Assembly: GCA_030693325.1 (NCBI GenBank)
Contig: JAUYAV010000011.1
Coordinates: 1,368-65,367 of the forward strand
DNA from: a bacterium
GTDB lineage: Bacteria; Patescibacteriota; Minisyncoccia; UBA6257; MFKM01
Length of the DNA stretch: 64,000 bases
Reading direction: 5' to 3'
The position numbers and the translations under genes are program-made. Shown in pieces: positions 39,669-48,796 of this stretch (position 1 is the first letter of the stretch; every line of letters begins with the position of its first letter). The notes under the pieces were generated by a model. That model was given only the letters and a program-made list of their open reading frames with translations. It was not told the origin of the DNA and made no database searches.

Positions 39669-40637
39669 CTATTTTAGATATTTTTCAATATTTTTCAGAT
39701 GCTCCTCATAAGTTTTGGCAAGATGAATTTGCCCCGCGCTGTCGTGCAAATAATAAAGATAATCCGTTTTTTCCGGATTAATCACGGCATTAATTGCCGC
39801 TAACCCGGGATTGGAAATCGGCGCCGGCGGCCGGCCTTGATGAATATAAGTATTGTAAGGCGAATTAATTTTATAATCTTCCAATTTTACTTTTTTCCAC
39901 CAATTACCCGGCTCTCCCAGCGCGTATTGGACGGTGGCATCTATCTGGAAGGGGATGCTCTTCGTCCATCGGTTCCAAATAACGCTGGCGATTAACGGCA
40001 TTTCTTTTTCATTGGCTGCTTCCCGTTGAATCAGGGAAGCGAGGACGATTAGAGTGTCATTTCTGATATTTTTTACTTTAGCTTCTTTAATTGAATCGGC
40101 GGTTTTCTCGTTGAAATTATTTTCCATCTTTTTTATCGCGTCATCGCTTTTGTAAGCGAGGTCAAAAAGATAAGTGTCCGGAAATAAATATCCTTCTTTA
40201 CTGTTTTTAATGAATTTTTCTTTTTCGCTGTCAGGCCAGCCGATTTTATTTTGGATTATGTACGCAATTTCTTCTTTTCTTAATCCTTCCGGTATTACCG
40301 CCCATTTTTGATAAGGATGATTTACCAATATATCGGCCAACTGCCAAACACTCATGCTTTTTGATACAGTGTATCCCCCCGATTTTATTTTGCCCCGCCA
40401 ATTTTTTATTTTTAACGCGAAATTAAAAGCCCACTCGCTTCTGATATAACCCTGCTGTTTCAGTTTAGGAATAAGCTCGGCTTCGGTTGTGGCTAGATTA
40501 ACCACAATCCGTTCTTCTGCCGCTTTTCGCTGCGGCGCCGAAAATTGATTGAGAAAAATAATAACACTAACTGCTAAAACTAAAATTAATCCGGCCAGAA
40601 TCAGATTTTTTTTGTTTATATTATCAATTACTGCCAT
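39669..40637 (-). CDS. mltG: endolytic murein transglycosylase MltG (YceG family), paralog 2
   Basis: FPDTYLF, IDATVQYA, NSPYNTYIHQGRPPAPISNPG. Confidence 0.85.
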   Translation of the reverse strand: MAVIDNINKKNLILAGLILVLAVSVIIFLNQFSAPQRKAAEERIVVNLATTEAELIPKLKQQGYIRSEWAFNFALKIKNWRGKIKSGGYTVSKSMSVWQLADILVNHPYQKWAVIPEGLRKEEIAYIIQNKIGWPDSEKEKFIKNSKEGYLFPDTYLFDLAYKSDDAIKKMENNFNEKTADSIKEAKVKNIRNDTLIVLASLIQREAANEKEMPLIASVIWNRWTKSIPFQIDATVQYALGEPGNWWKKVKLEDYKINSPYNTYIHQGRPPAPISNPGLAAINAVINPEKTDYLYYLHDSAGQIHLAKTYEEHLKNIEKYLK

Positions 40638-40758
40638 TGGTTATTTTGATTTGACTACTATTAAGCCATATTACTTTTTGTCCGCGATTAAAGTTTAAGG
40701 CGGCATTGGCTTCATCGGTATCAATATAAAACACCGGCGAAAAATCTTTGATTCTCAT

Positions 40759-41367
40759 TTATAAAAGTTTTTTAATTTCTTTTATCATTTCCGGGAAGCT
40801 GGCCTGATTAAAATGACCTCGGTTTTTGAATATTCTCATTTTTGCCTGCGGCAAAGCTTTTTTGTATTTTAAGGCATTGACAAAAAGAACAACAGGGTCG
40901 TCTTGGCTTTGATAAATAAAAATATTTTCCGCTGCCTGCGATAATTTGCTTAATTTTTTGGGCAAAATAAAATCCGCCAAAGATTCACCGGTATCCTCAG
41001 TATCATAAGGAGCCGCCACCAAAAAAACCGCGCGTATCTTTTTAGAAAATTTATTTTCTGATAAATATTTCGCCAAAAAAATTCCTCCGAGCGAATGGCC
41101 TACTAAAATAACTCCGGTTTTTATATAAGGGATAAACTTTTCAAACCAAATTTTCCATTCGGCGTATTTGGCGTTTGCTTTGTTCGGCATATCCAAAGAA
41201 ATAACTTCAAATTTTTTGCCGAGTTTTCCGCCAAGCGTCTTTTTCCAGTCGCTTTTTGCATTTTTATACCTTTCAAAATCAATTTTCTTTTTCTTTAAGA
41301 AAGAAAGATATTCTCTGTAAGTTTTATAAGTATTGCCTCCGTGAATTAAAACAATTTGTTGTTTCAT
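40759..41367 (-). CDS. alpha/beta hydrolase (small serine hydrolase, YdeN/RBBP9-like)
   Basis: GHSLGG nucleophile elbow; about 200 aa. Confidence 0.6.
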   Translation of the reverse strand: MKQQIVLIHGGNTYKTYREYLSFLKKKKIDFERYKNAKSDWKKTLGGKLGKKFEVISLDMPNKANAKYAEWKIWFEKFIPYIKTGVILVGHSLGGIFLAKYLSENKFSKKIRAVFLVAAPYDTEDTGESLADFILPKKLSKLSQAAENIFIYQSQDDPVVLFVNALKYKKALPQAKMRIFKNRGHFNQASFPEMIKEIKKLL

Positions 41368-41423
41368 TTTTGATATTTTCCAGTTTCTTGCTATAAAACA
41401 AACTCGCCATTTTTTAAATTATC

Positions 41424-41444
41424 GAGGTTCGACCTCGATAATTT
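41424..41444. repeat. hairpin ttatcgaggttcgacctcgataa (CGAGGTTNNACCTCG family)
   Basis: similar to 22225..22247 and the centre of 20401..20630. Confidence 0.5.
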
Positions 41445-41564
41445 ACAGGTCTGATAATCTAACCTTGTAAATATTATAAATCTTTTTCCGTTGTTAGAGT
41501 AGCTATGGCGGTTGCTTATTATTTTGACTTTACCCGCCAAGGCGTTATTATTATTTCATACAAC

Positions 41565-41760
41565 TAAATATGAGACCTAACCCGTAGGGGCAACCTACGG
41601 CAGGGTTATAAAAACCAGTAACGGATAAAAAGCTCCTAGTCAGAGCTCCGTTACTGGTCATATGGGGAAACCCGTATGGGGGTCGCAAGACCTCGCTGGC
41701 TGGGAGCTTTGTGTTTTCATAAAGCTAAAATGTCGAACCCAGCTAGCGTTAGTTTCTTTA
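41565..41760 (+). ncRNA. GC-rich structured leader or candidate cis-regulatory RNA upstream of a secreted-protein gene
   Basis: stack of hairpins in AT-rich surroundings: cgtagg-GGCAA-cctacg (GNRA loop), accagtaacgga...tccgttactggt, ggtc-GCAA-gacc, repeated cccgtaNgggg; identity unknown. Confidence 0.3.
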
Positions 41761-41768
41761 ATAACTTT

Positions 41769-42935
41769 ATGAAAAATAAAATAATTTCTCTATTTCTAAT
41801 ATTTAGCTGTCTTTCGTTTTACTTAGTTTGGCCGGCTAATGCCTTAGCTGGTGTTTCTGATTTTACGGGCTGTCCAGCTTACAACGGCGGTTTGCAAGGA
41901 AGTGATGATTGTTATAAAGGATTGCGGGGCGATGGAGGTTCTTGTGAGTATGGAGTAGGAAGTATAAGGGGCACTGCAAATTTTTCCACGGCCGAACCAA
42001 AACTTCCCTTTCCGGAAGGAACAATTCTAAGGTGTAAAGGCATTTCTCGTACAGGTGGTTGGTCTCGTCATCGGATATACATGGATAGAATCTATCCCTA
42101 TACTAAAAGCAGAATTGCCGGTTTATCCGAAAATGGCTATGAGGTTATTTTAGAGAAAGGCGAAATGAAAAGAAAAAGTTTAGGATTTTATCCGGCAGCA
42201 GATGGAAGATATACGCATTGTACCCAATATACGGGCGGAGAATGCACGGGCGAAATAGTTTATTTAGATGAATATGAAAAAACTCTTTCTTCTGAAGATA
42301 TACCTTATCTGACAAAAGATTGTAATATTTGGGGTAGACTGGGAAAGTGTGTATATTGGGCTTCGGAAAAGAAAAATTTTGAGAATCTTATTACTAAAGA
42401 CGTAATGGAGGTGGTAGACAAAACCGAACGAACTTTTAGTTGGACCGATGAAGACGAAGATTGGTTTTCAACCACGGTCACTTCTCATGTTGACTATAAG
42501 GCCTATCTTTTAACCGCTTACGGTTCTATTTTTAGGTATCACAAATACCAAGAAGAAAGCAAAACTTCCTGGGGAGGATGGGGTTTTGCTATCATAGGAG
42601 CTGTTTTTGGAGCGTTTCTTACTCCTTTTCTTCCGGTTTTGGGAATTTTTGGCTCTTTTTTGGCTTCAGCAATGCCAGTGATAAGCGGCAGTATTTTTGC
42701 CAACCTGACAATGCTTGGGGGATATTTGACTTCGCAGGCCTTGGGGAAAACGACCAATCTTGACGGGGGAGAGCTTACTCTTGTTTATGTGCCGGATTAT
42801 TCTTATTCAACTTCAACAGACTCAACATTGACAATGCCGCCAATAGCGACCTCAACAATAGAGGGGTTTCAAACTCCGGCAGTACAACCGGCCCAGCCAA
42901 CGCCCGATTTCAAAATAAAAGAAATTAAACCGTAA
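41769..42935 (+). CDS. hypothetical secreted Cys-rich protein with C-terminal TM segments and Ser/Thr-rich tail
   Basis: signal peptide MKNKIISLFLIFSCLSFYLVWPANALA; the ORF track's earlier start at 41676 lies in the structured leader. Confidence 0.5.
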   Translation: MKNKIISLFLIFSCLSFYLVWPANALAGVSDFTGCPAYNGGLQGSDDCYKGLRGDGGSCEYGVGSIRGTANFSTAEPKLPFPEGTILRCKGISRTGGWSRHRIYMDRIYPYTKSRIAGLSENGYEVILEKGEMKRKSLGFYPAADGRYTHCTQYTGGECTGEIVYLDEYEKTLSSEDIPYLTKDCNIWGRLGKCVYWASEKKNFENLITKDVMEVVDKTERTFSWTDEDEDWFSTTVTSHVDYKAYLLTAYGSIFRYHKYQEESKTSWGGWGFAIIGAVFGAFLTPFLPVLGIFGSFLASAMPVISGSIFANLTMLGGYLTSQALGKTTNLDGGELTLVYVPDYSYSTSTDSTLTMPPIATSTIEGFQTPAVQPAQPTPDFKIKEIKP

Positions 42936-42986
42936 AACATTAAAAACTAAAGGTCAATAAATATAAAATAAAATTTACTAAATATT

Positions 42987-43292
42987 ATGGAAGATAAATT
43001 TAAATTAGGTAAAAAATGGTTTTGGATAGGAGCGGTTTCGGCTGTTATTTTCCCCTTGATTGGCTTGATTTACGGCATCGCTCTCTTGACCGAAAAAAAT
43101 TTCATTCAAAAAAAAGTCAAAGAGGCCTATCTGATTATTTTTTTGGCCGTAGTTTTGGGCGTCGTTTACGCTTTAATCGGCTCATCTCTTGTTTCCAAGG
43201 GCTATCAATTTTCTCCTACCGGAGAATTACAAAGTATTCCCATGAAAACCACAGGCGGCCCGAAAACAGGAGATGTTTTGCAGCAAAAATAA
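42987..43292 (+). CDS. small two-TM membrane protein, hypothetical
   Basis: 101 aa ORF. Confidence 0.4.
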   Translation: MEDKFKLGKKWFWIGAVSAVIFPLIGLIYGIALLTEKNFIQKKVKEAYLIIFLAVVLGVVYALIGSSLVSKGYQFSPTGELQSIPMKTTGGPKTGDVLQQK

Positions 43293-43332
43293 AAAGCCCC
43301 GGCTTAGTCAGGACTTTTTATTTTCTTGTTGA

Positions 43333-43476
43333 GGACTTACGCCGTTGCCTTGAAGAATATCCCGCAGGCGCTGAAAGCTTGGTTTCGCCGCAGGCGAATT
43401 TCAGTGCCGAGGGAAAAGAAATCCCGACCGCTGGAGTCGGAATATTCTGGTTCTGAAAGGCAATGGCGGAAGTCCT
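43333..43476 (+). repeat. copy D (divergent) of the 145-bp structured repeat family: different terminal stem (aggacttacgccgttgcc / ggcaatggcggaagtcct) but same internal cores
   Basis: conserved atatcccgcagg, gccgagggaaaagaaa, cgctgga loop and attctggtt; stems replaced by compensatory sequences. Confidence 0.75.
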
Positions 43477-43577
43477 GTTATCCGAACAAATTTTTTGAGC
43501 TAATGAATTGCGCCGAATATTTATAGAAAATTAACCGGTTCGTCTTAATCAAGATTTCATGTTAAAATATTCATAAC

Positions 43578-44879
43578 ATGGACCAACATTCAAATTTTCA
43601 CAATCTCGGCATTGCGCCGAATATTTTAGAGGCGCTTAATCGCCTTCACTTTATAACCCCCACGCCTATCCAGGTGAAGTCAATTCCTCCGGCGATTGAC
43701 GGGAAAGACCTCGTGGGCGTCGCGCAAACAGGAACAGGGAAAACCCTGGCTTTCGGTGTGCCTATGCTTCAGATGGCTCTTTGCGGTAAACAGGGGCTCG
43801 TTATCCTGCCGACCCGGGAGCTTGCTTTTCAGGTACATGATGTTCTTCGTAAAATTGGAGCGGCGTTCGGAATACGAACCGCGGTTTTAATCGGCGGAGA
43901 ATCAATCAGGGGCCAAATCCAAACGCTTCAAAAAAGACCGCACATTATTATCGGAACGCCTGGAAGAATTATTGACCATTTGGAACAAAAAACGCTTTCT
44001 TTGAAATCAGTGGAGGTTCTTGTGCTTGATGAAGCCGACCGGATGCTTGATATGGGCTTCGCTCCGCAACTGAAACGAATACTAAGCGTTCTTCCTCGCG
44101 AACGACAGACAATGCTTTTCTCGGCAACGATGCCCGAGGATATTGTTTTAATGGCAAGGGCCTATATGAAATTACCCCTTAGAGTTGAAATCGCCCCGTC
44201 CGGCACCACGGTTAAAGAAGTGACACAAGAACTTTTCTTTGTTGAAAAGCACGACAAGTCACGACTTTTAGAAAAACTTCTTTATGAATATCGGGGATCA
44301 ATTTTAGTATTTTCACGGACAAAATATGGCGCTAAACGTATTGCGCTAAACGTCCGAACGATGGGCCATACGGCGGCCGAAATTCACTCAAACCGTTCTC
44401 TTACCCAGCGCCGGGAAGCGCTTGAAGGTTTCAGAAACGGAAAATACCGCGTGCTTGTCGCAACTGATATTGCCGCCCGAGGCATTGATGTGAAGGGAAT
44501 TGAAGTTGTTTTAAATTACGATCTCCCGGAGAAACCAGAGGACTATATTCATCGCATTGGCCGCACCGCCCGGGCAGGCGGCGCAGGGCATGCGATTTCT
44601 TTCGCAACACCGGACCAGAAAGGCGACGTAAGAGGAATTGAGCGTCTTATCCGGGCAACGCTTCCGCTCTCAAAACTTCCCGAGCTTCCTCCGGCGCGTA
44701 AAAGCGAGCAAACAGCCGAAGATCGCGAGCCTCGTTTTGGTTACAGCCGCCGGCCTCAATCCAGCTCTCGCTTCAGCCCCGCTAAGCGGGACTTCGGACA
44801 TTCTTCGCGCCCGAGTTCTCGTTCCGGATCTTTTCGGCCAAAGCGATCCTCAAATAATAATGGGGGATATTTCCGATAA
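43578..44879 (+). CDS. DEAD-box ATP-dependent RNA helicase with Arg/Ser-rich C-terminal tail
   Basis: Q motif, AQTGTGKT, DEAD (VLDEAD), SAT, HRIGRTAR. Confidence 0.9.
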   Translation: MDQHSNFHNLGIAPNILEALNRLHFITPTPIQVKSIPPAIDGKDLVGVAQTGTGKTLAFGVPMLQMALCGKQGLVILPTRELAFQVHDVLRKIGAAFGIRTAVLIGGESIRGQIQTLQKRPHIIIGTPGRIIDHLEQKTLSLKSVEVLVLDEADRMLDMGFAPQLKRILSVLPRERQTMLFSATMPEDIVLMARAYMKLPLRVEIAPSGTTVKEVTQELFFVEKHDKSRLLEKLLYEYRGSILVFSRTKYGAKRIALNVRTMGHTAAEIHSNRSLTQRREALEGFRNGKYRVLVATDIAARGIDVKGIEVVLNYDLPEKPEDYIHRIGRTARAGGAGHAISFATPDQKGDVRGIERLIRATLPLSKLPELPPARKSEQTAEDREPRFGYSRRPQSSSRFSPAKRDFGHSSRPSSRSGSFRPKRSSNNNGGYFR

Positions 44880-44937
44880 TGATTTTTTAATAAAAGATTG
44901 ACTTTATCGGTCTTTTAGGTTATTATTTATCTATAAC

Positions 44938-44967
44938 GCCGCTTGCAATGCGGCACTTAATTTTTAT
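44938..44967 (+). terminator. hairpin gccgc-ttgcaat-gcggc plus T-run between the helicase and typA; also lies downstream of a TTGACT-17-TATTAT promoter-like pair at 44898..44926
   Basis: read directly. Confidence 0.45.
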
Positions 44968-44969
44968 CT

Positions 44970-46772
44970 ATGAATTCAATCAGAAACATCAGTATCATCG
45001 CTCACGTTGACCATGGCAAGTCCACTTTAGTTGACGCACTCTTGAAACAATCTGAGACTAATCTGGGTAAGCTCGTTAATGACGAGCTTATTATGGATTC
45101 AAACGAACTGGAGCGGGAACGCGGCATTACTATTTTTTCCAAAAACGCCGCGGTGATTTACCGGGAAACAAAAATTAATATTATTGATACGCCCGGCCAC
45201 GCCGATTTCGGCGGGGAAGTTGAGCGTGTCTTAAATATGGCGGACGGCTCGCTTCTGCTTGTTGACGCCCAGGAAGGGCCGATGCCCCAAACCCGTTTTG
45301 TGCTGAAAAAAGCGCTTGATGCTAAACATAAAATTATCGTAGTTATAAATAAAATTGACAAACCGAATGCCCGCGTAAATCACGTCCTTGAAAAAATAAT
45401 TGAGCTTTTCATGGAGCTTGGCGCGACAAACGAACAATTAAATTTTCCCATCATTTACGCGGCGGGCAGATTAGGAATGGCGGGCACATCGTCCGATCTC
45501 TCCGCTATGGAAAATATTGTACCTCTCTATGAAGCCATCCTTAAATATATTCCTGCTCCGAAAGGCGTGAGTGACGCGCCATTTCAAATGATTGTGGTCT
45601 CAATCCAGTATGATAATTTCCAGGGGAAAATCGCGGTGGGCCGGATTGAACGCGGCGTAGCGACAAACGGAATGCAAATCGCGCACATCCGAAGTAACGG
45701 AACAATAAAAAATTTCAAAATTACGGAGCTTATGACTTTTTTGGGGCTAAAACGCGTGCCGGTTCCTTCTGTGCAAACAGGGGATATTATAGCGCTTGCG
45801 GGAATACCGGAAGTGAATATCGGCGACACTTTGGCGGACGCGGAGCATCCCGAGGCCTTGCCATTAATTACCATTGAAAAACCGACAGTTAAAATGATTT
45901 TCTCGGTCAATAATTCTCCTTTCTCCGGCAAAGAAGGGGAATACTGCACCTCGCGCAATCTCCGCGAACGGCTTTTTAAAGAACTTGATAACGATGTGGC
46001 GCTTCGTGTAGAAGAAAGCGACTCATCCGATAGATTTTTAGTAAGCGGGCGCGGCGAACTGCACCTCGGGATCCTCATTGAGAAGATGCGGCGCGATGGT
46101 TATGAATTTCAGGTTTCAAGACCGGAAGTTATTTTTAAAGAAGAAAACGGCGTAATCTCGGAACCGGCGGAAGATGTTTGGATTGAAGTGCCAGAAAAAC
46201 ATTACGGCCTCATTCTCCAAAAAATGAGCGAACGGAAAGGCGAATTAAGAAATGTGAGTATTGAAAACGGCACGGTTTCATTTCATTTTTTTATTCCCAC
46301 CCGCGGTCTCATCGGCTTCCGAAATGAATTTATGATAGAAACCCGAGGTACCGGCATTATCAATTCGCTTTTCTCGGGTTATTTCCCGAAATTTGATTCT
46401 GTCCCGGGGAATCCCCACGGTTCACTTGTTGTTCACGAAGCAGGCGTGACCACCGCCTACGCGCTTTTGCGCGCCCAGGAAAGGGGAGTGATGTTTGTCG
46501 GGCCGGGTGAAAAAGTTTATGAAGGCCAAGTAGTGGGGCAAAACGCCAAGACGGAGGACATTTCGGTGAATGTCTGCCGGCAAAAACAGCTTACCAACTT
46601 CCGGGCAAAAACCGACGCGGTGACTGACGACTTAATCCCGCCGCGCGTTCTTTCATTGGAACAAGCGCTTGAGTACATCGGCGATGACGAGCTTTTAGAA
46701 GTAACGCCCAAAAGCATCAGAATCAGAAAATTATTCTTAACCGAAATTGAAAGAAAAAGACATAATAGATAA
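44970..46772 (+). CDS. typA: translational GTPase TypA/BipA
   Basis: IRNISIIAHVDHGKSTLVDALL; EF-G-like domains; 600 aa. Confidence 0.9.
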   Translation: MNSIRNISIIAHVDHGKSTLVDALLKQSETNLGKLVNDELIMDSNELERERGITIFSKNAAVIYRETKINIIDTPGHADFGGEVERVLNMADGSLLLVDAQEGPMPQTRFVLKKALDAKHKIIVVINKIDKPNARVNHVLEKIIELFMELGATNEQLNFPIIYAAGRLGMAGTSSDLSAMENIVPLYEAILKYIPAPKGVSDAPFQMIVVSIQYDNFQGKIAVGRIERGVATNGMQIAHIRSNGTIKNFKITELMTFLGLKRVPVPSVQTGDIIALAGIPEVNIGDTLADAEHPEALPLITIEKPTVKMIFSVNNSPFSGKEGEYCTSRNLRERLFKELDNDVALRVEESDSSDRFLVSGRGELHLGILIEKMRRDGYEFQVSRPEVIFKEENGVISEPAEDVWIEVPEKHYGLILQKMSERKGELRNVSIENGTVSFHFFIPTRGLIGFRNEFMIETRGTGIINSLFSGYFPKFDSVPGNPHGSLVVHEAGVTTAYALLRAQERGVMFVGPGEKVYEGQVVGQNAKTEDISVNVCRQKQLTNFRAKTDAVTDDLIPPRVLSLEQALEYIGDDELLEVTPKSIRIRKLFLTEIERKRHNR

Positions 46773-46786
46773 ATAATTTTATATAA

Positions 46787-47749
46787 CTATTTTTCCGATT
46801 TTATTTTATTCAGAATCTCTTTCACTTTTTCCAAACTGTCCCAATCATAAACGGAAATCGGGAGAACATTTTTGTTAATTTTTTTCAGGGCGGTGATTTT
46901 CTTTTTTATTTCTTTTGCCGGCATTGTGTCGCTTTTGCTCAAAAATACATATTCAATTTTCTTTATCAGCTCTTTACTGTATGTTTTGAGCTCATTTTTG
47001 ATTATTTTGTAATCTTTCACGGGATTTTCCGATTCCGCGGAAATTAAATGAAAAAGAATTTTTGTGCGTTCAATGTGGCGGAGAAATTTTATGCCCAAAC
47101 CTTTGCCGCCTGACGCGCCTTCAATAAGCCCTGGAATATCCGCGAGAATAAGTTCATAATATACTCCAAGATTCGGCTCTAATGTAGTAAAGGGATAATT
47201 CGCGACTTTGCTGTTTGCTTTTGTAAGTTCGTTTATCAAACTGGATTTTCCCGCGTTCGGCAATCCTATGAGACCCACGTCAGCTATGAGTTTGAGTTCT
47301 AATCTTAGAGTGAACTGCTCGCCGGGTATTCCTTCTAGAAATTGCTTCGGAGTGGTATTTTTGGGAGAACGAAACTTAAAATTTCCTTTTCCGCCGTGGC
47401 CGCCTTTTGCGATGAAAATTCTCTCGCCGATTTTTAATACTTCTTCGGTTTTCCCCGTCTCAATTTTTTGGATTATCGTTCCCACGGGAACTTTTAAAAC
47501 AATATCGCTTCCGTCAGGGCCGTCTCTGAATTGCCCTTGCCCGTTTGAGCCATCTATGGCCTTAATATTTTTTTTGTATCTGAACTGGCTCAAGGCATTT
47601 AAGTCGGAAACGCCTTCAAAATAAATACTGCCGCCGCGACCGCCGCTTCCGCCAACTGGGCCCAAACTCATCATATTTTTGTTGAAAGCCACGGCGCCTC
47701 TGCCACCGTTACCGGCTTCAACTTTAATTGTTACGTCGTCAATTAACAT
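46787..47749 (-). CDS. obg: GTPase Obg/CgtA
   Basis: Obg fold MLIDDVTIKVEAGNGGRGAVAF, GGRGG repeats; G1 GLPNAGKSS. Confidence 0.9.
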   Translation of the reverse strand: MLIDDVTIKVEAGNGGRGAVAFNKNMMSLGPVGGSGGRGGSIYFEGVSDLNALSQFRYKKNIKAIDGSNGQGQFRDGPDGSDIVLKVPVGTIIQKIETGKTEEVLKIGERIFIAKGGHGGKGNFKFRSPKNTTPKQFLEGIPGEQFTLRLELKLIADVGLIGLPNAGKSSLINELTKANSKVANYPFTTLEPNLGVYYELILADIPGLIEGASGGKGLGIKFLRHIERTKILFHLISAESENPVKDYKIIKNELKTYSKELIKKIEYVFLSKSDTMPAKEIKKKITALKKINKNVLPISVYDWDSLEKVKEILNKIKSEK

Positions 47750-47813
47750 AAAAACAGTATAAGCGTTCTTCGGAGGTTATCCTAACGGCCAAACTAGCCG
47801 CGTCTTGGTATTT

Positions 47814-48710
47814 TTAACCGATACGCTGGATTATCTCTTTTATGCTTTTAACTAAACCGTTCTCAAAATTTACCTTAGGTTCCCAGCCGAGATGTTTTTT
47901 TGCCTTGGTATAACTGCCCCAAAAGCCGGAAACATCGTAAGAACGCTCCGGAATATTAACTATTTTTGAGCGACTTTCCGTGATTTTTATTATGAGTTTT
48001 GCAAGATCATAGAGCGAGATAGGATTGTTGGCGCTTAGAGTGAAGTCATCGCAAAAGCCATTCGGCTTATTTTTAACATACCCGATAGTTTTATTCACTC
48101 CATTAATTACGTCATCAATATAAACAAAATCAAACATCTTCTTCTTGCCGTTGCCCTCAAGAGTTATCGGCTTATTCTTCAAGGCGAGAATTATGAAACG
48201 GGGGATAACCCGGTCCAGAATATCGTCGGCTCCGGTATAAACCCCGCAAAAGCGCAGAATGAGCGCGCGCAAGCCGTAATTACGGGCGTACTGTTGCATT
48301 AGATCTTCGCCGGCAACCTTGGAAACGGCGTAGGCGTTCAAAGGCAGACGCAAACTTTTTTCGGTTACTGGAAATTTGGTATGACCGCCATAAACCTCTC
48401 GGCTTGATGAAAATACCACCCATGCCTTCGGATTTTTCTTTCTTACCGCTTCAAGAACGTTTGCCGTCCCGCCGATATTCGTCGTAAGGCAAGTATGCGG
48501 ATCTATGAACGCAACCTTCGGCCGCGATATGGCCGCAAGATGAATAACTCCGGAAACGCCCCTGACCGCTCTCTCTAATCGCGCTAAGTCGCGAACGTCA
48601 TCTTTGGGATTATTTTTTATGTCGTAATTAATAAATGAATAAATATGGCCGAGCTTGCGCCTAAGGCAAGTGCCAACATATCCCGAACCGCCTGTAAGTA
48701 ATATTTTCAT
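47814..48710 (-). CDS. NAD-dependent epimerase/dehydratase (UDP-sugar 4-epimerase-like SDR)
   Basis: GGSGYVG Rossmann motif; YAVSK catalytic motif. Confidence 0.8.
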   Translation of the reverse strand: MKILLTGGSGYVGTCLRRKLGHIYSFINYDIKNNPKDDVRDLARLERAVRGVSGVIHLAAISRPKVAFIDPHTCLTTNIGGTANVLEAVRKKNPKAWVVFSSSREVYGGHTKFPVTEKSLRLPLNAYAVSKVAGEDLMQQYARNYGLRALILRFCGVYTGADDILDRVIPRFIILALKNKPITLEGNGKKKMFDFVYIDDVINGVNKTIGYVKNKPNGFCDDFTLSANNPISLYDLAKLIIKITESRSKIVNIPERSYDVSGFWGSYTKAKKHLGWEPKVNFENGLVKSIKEIIQRIG

Positions 48711-48721
48711 AAATTTAGCTG

Positions 48722-48790
48722 CGGGGCTAGGAATCGGACCTAGATTCCATGGTTCAGAGCCATGTTGCCTACCATTAGCAGACCCCGCAA
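48722..48790 (-). tRNA. tRNA-Gln (anticodon CTG), short D-arm
   Basis: acceptor gcggggt/gccccgc; anticodon loop ctCTGaa; T-arm ctagg-tccgatt-cctag. Confidence 0.55.
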
Positions 48791-48796
48791 TTACAT

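Noticed and set aside
40627-40758. 44-codon ORF between the alpha/beta-hydrolase gene and mltG2 (minus strand)
   Set aside because: It is short, overlaps the mltG2 start, and has no support.
43016-43526. ORFs 43016..43456 and 43326..43526
   Set aside because: The first is an alternate frame of the small membrane-protein gene extended through the repeat copy. The second lies within the repeat. Both are Arg-rich nonsense.
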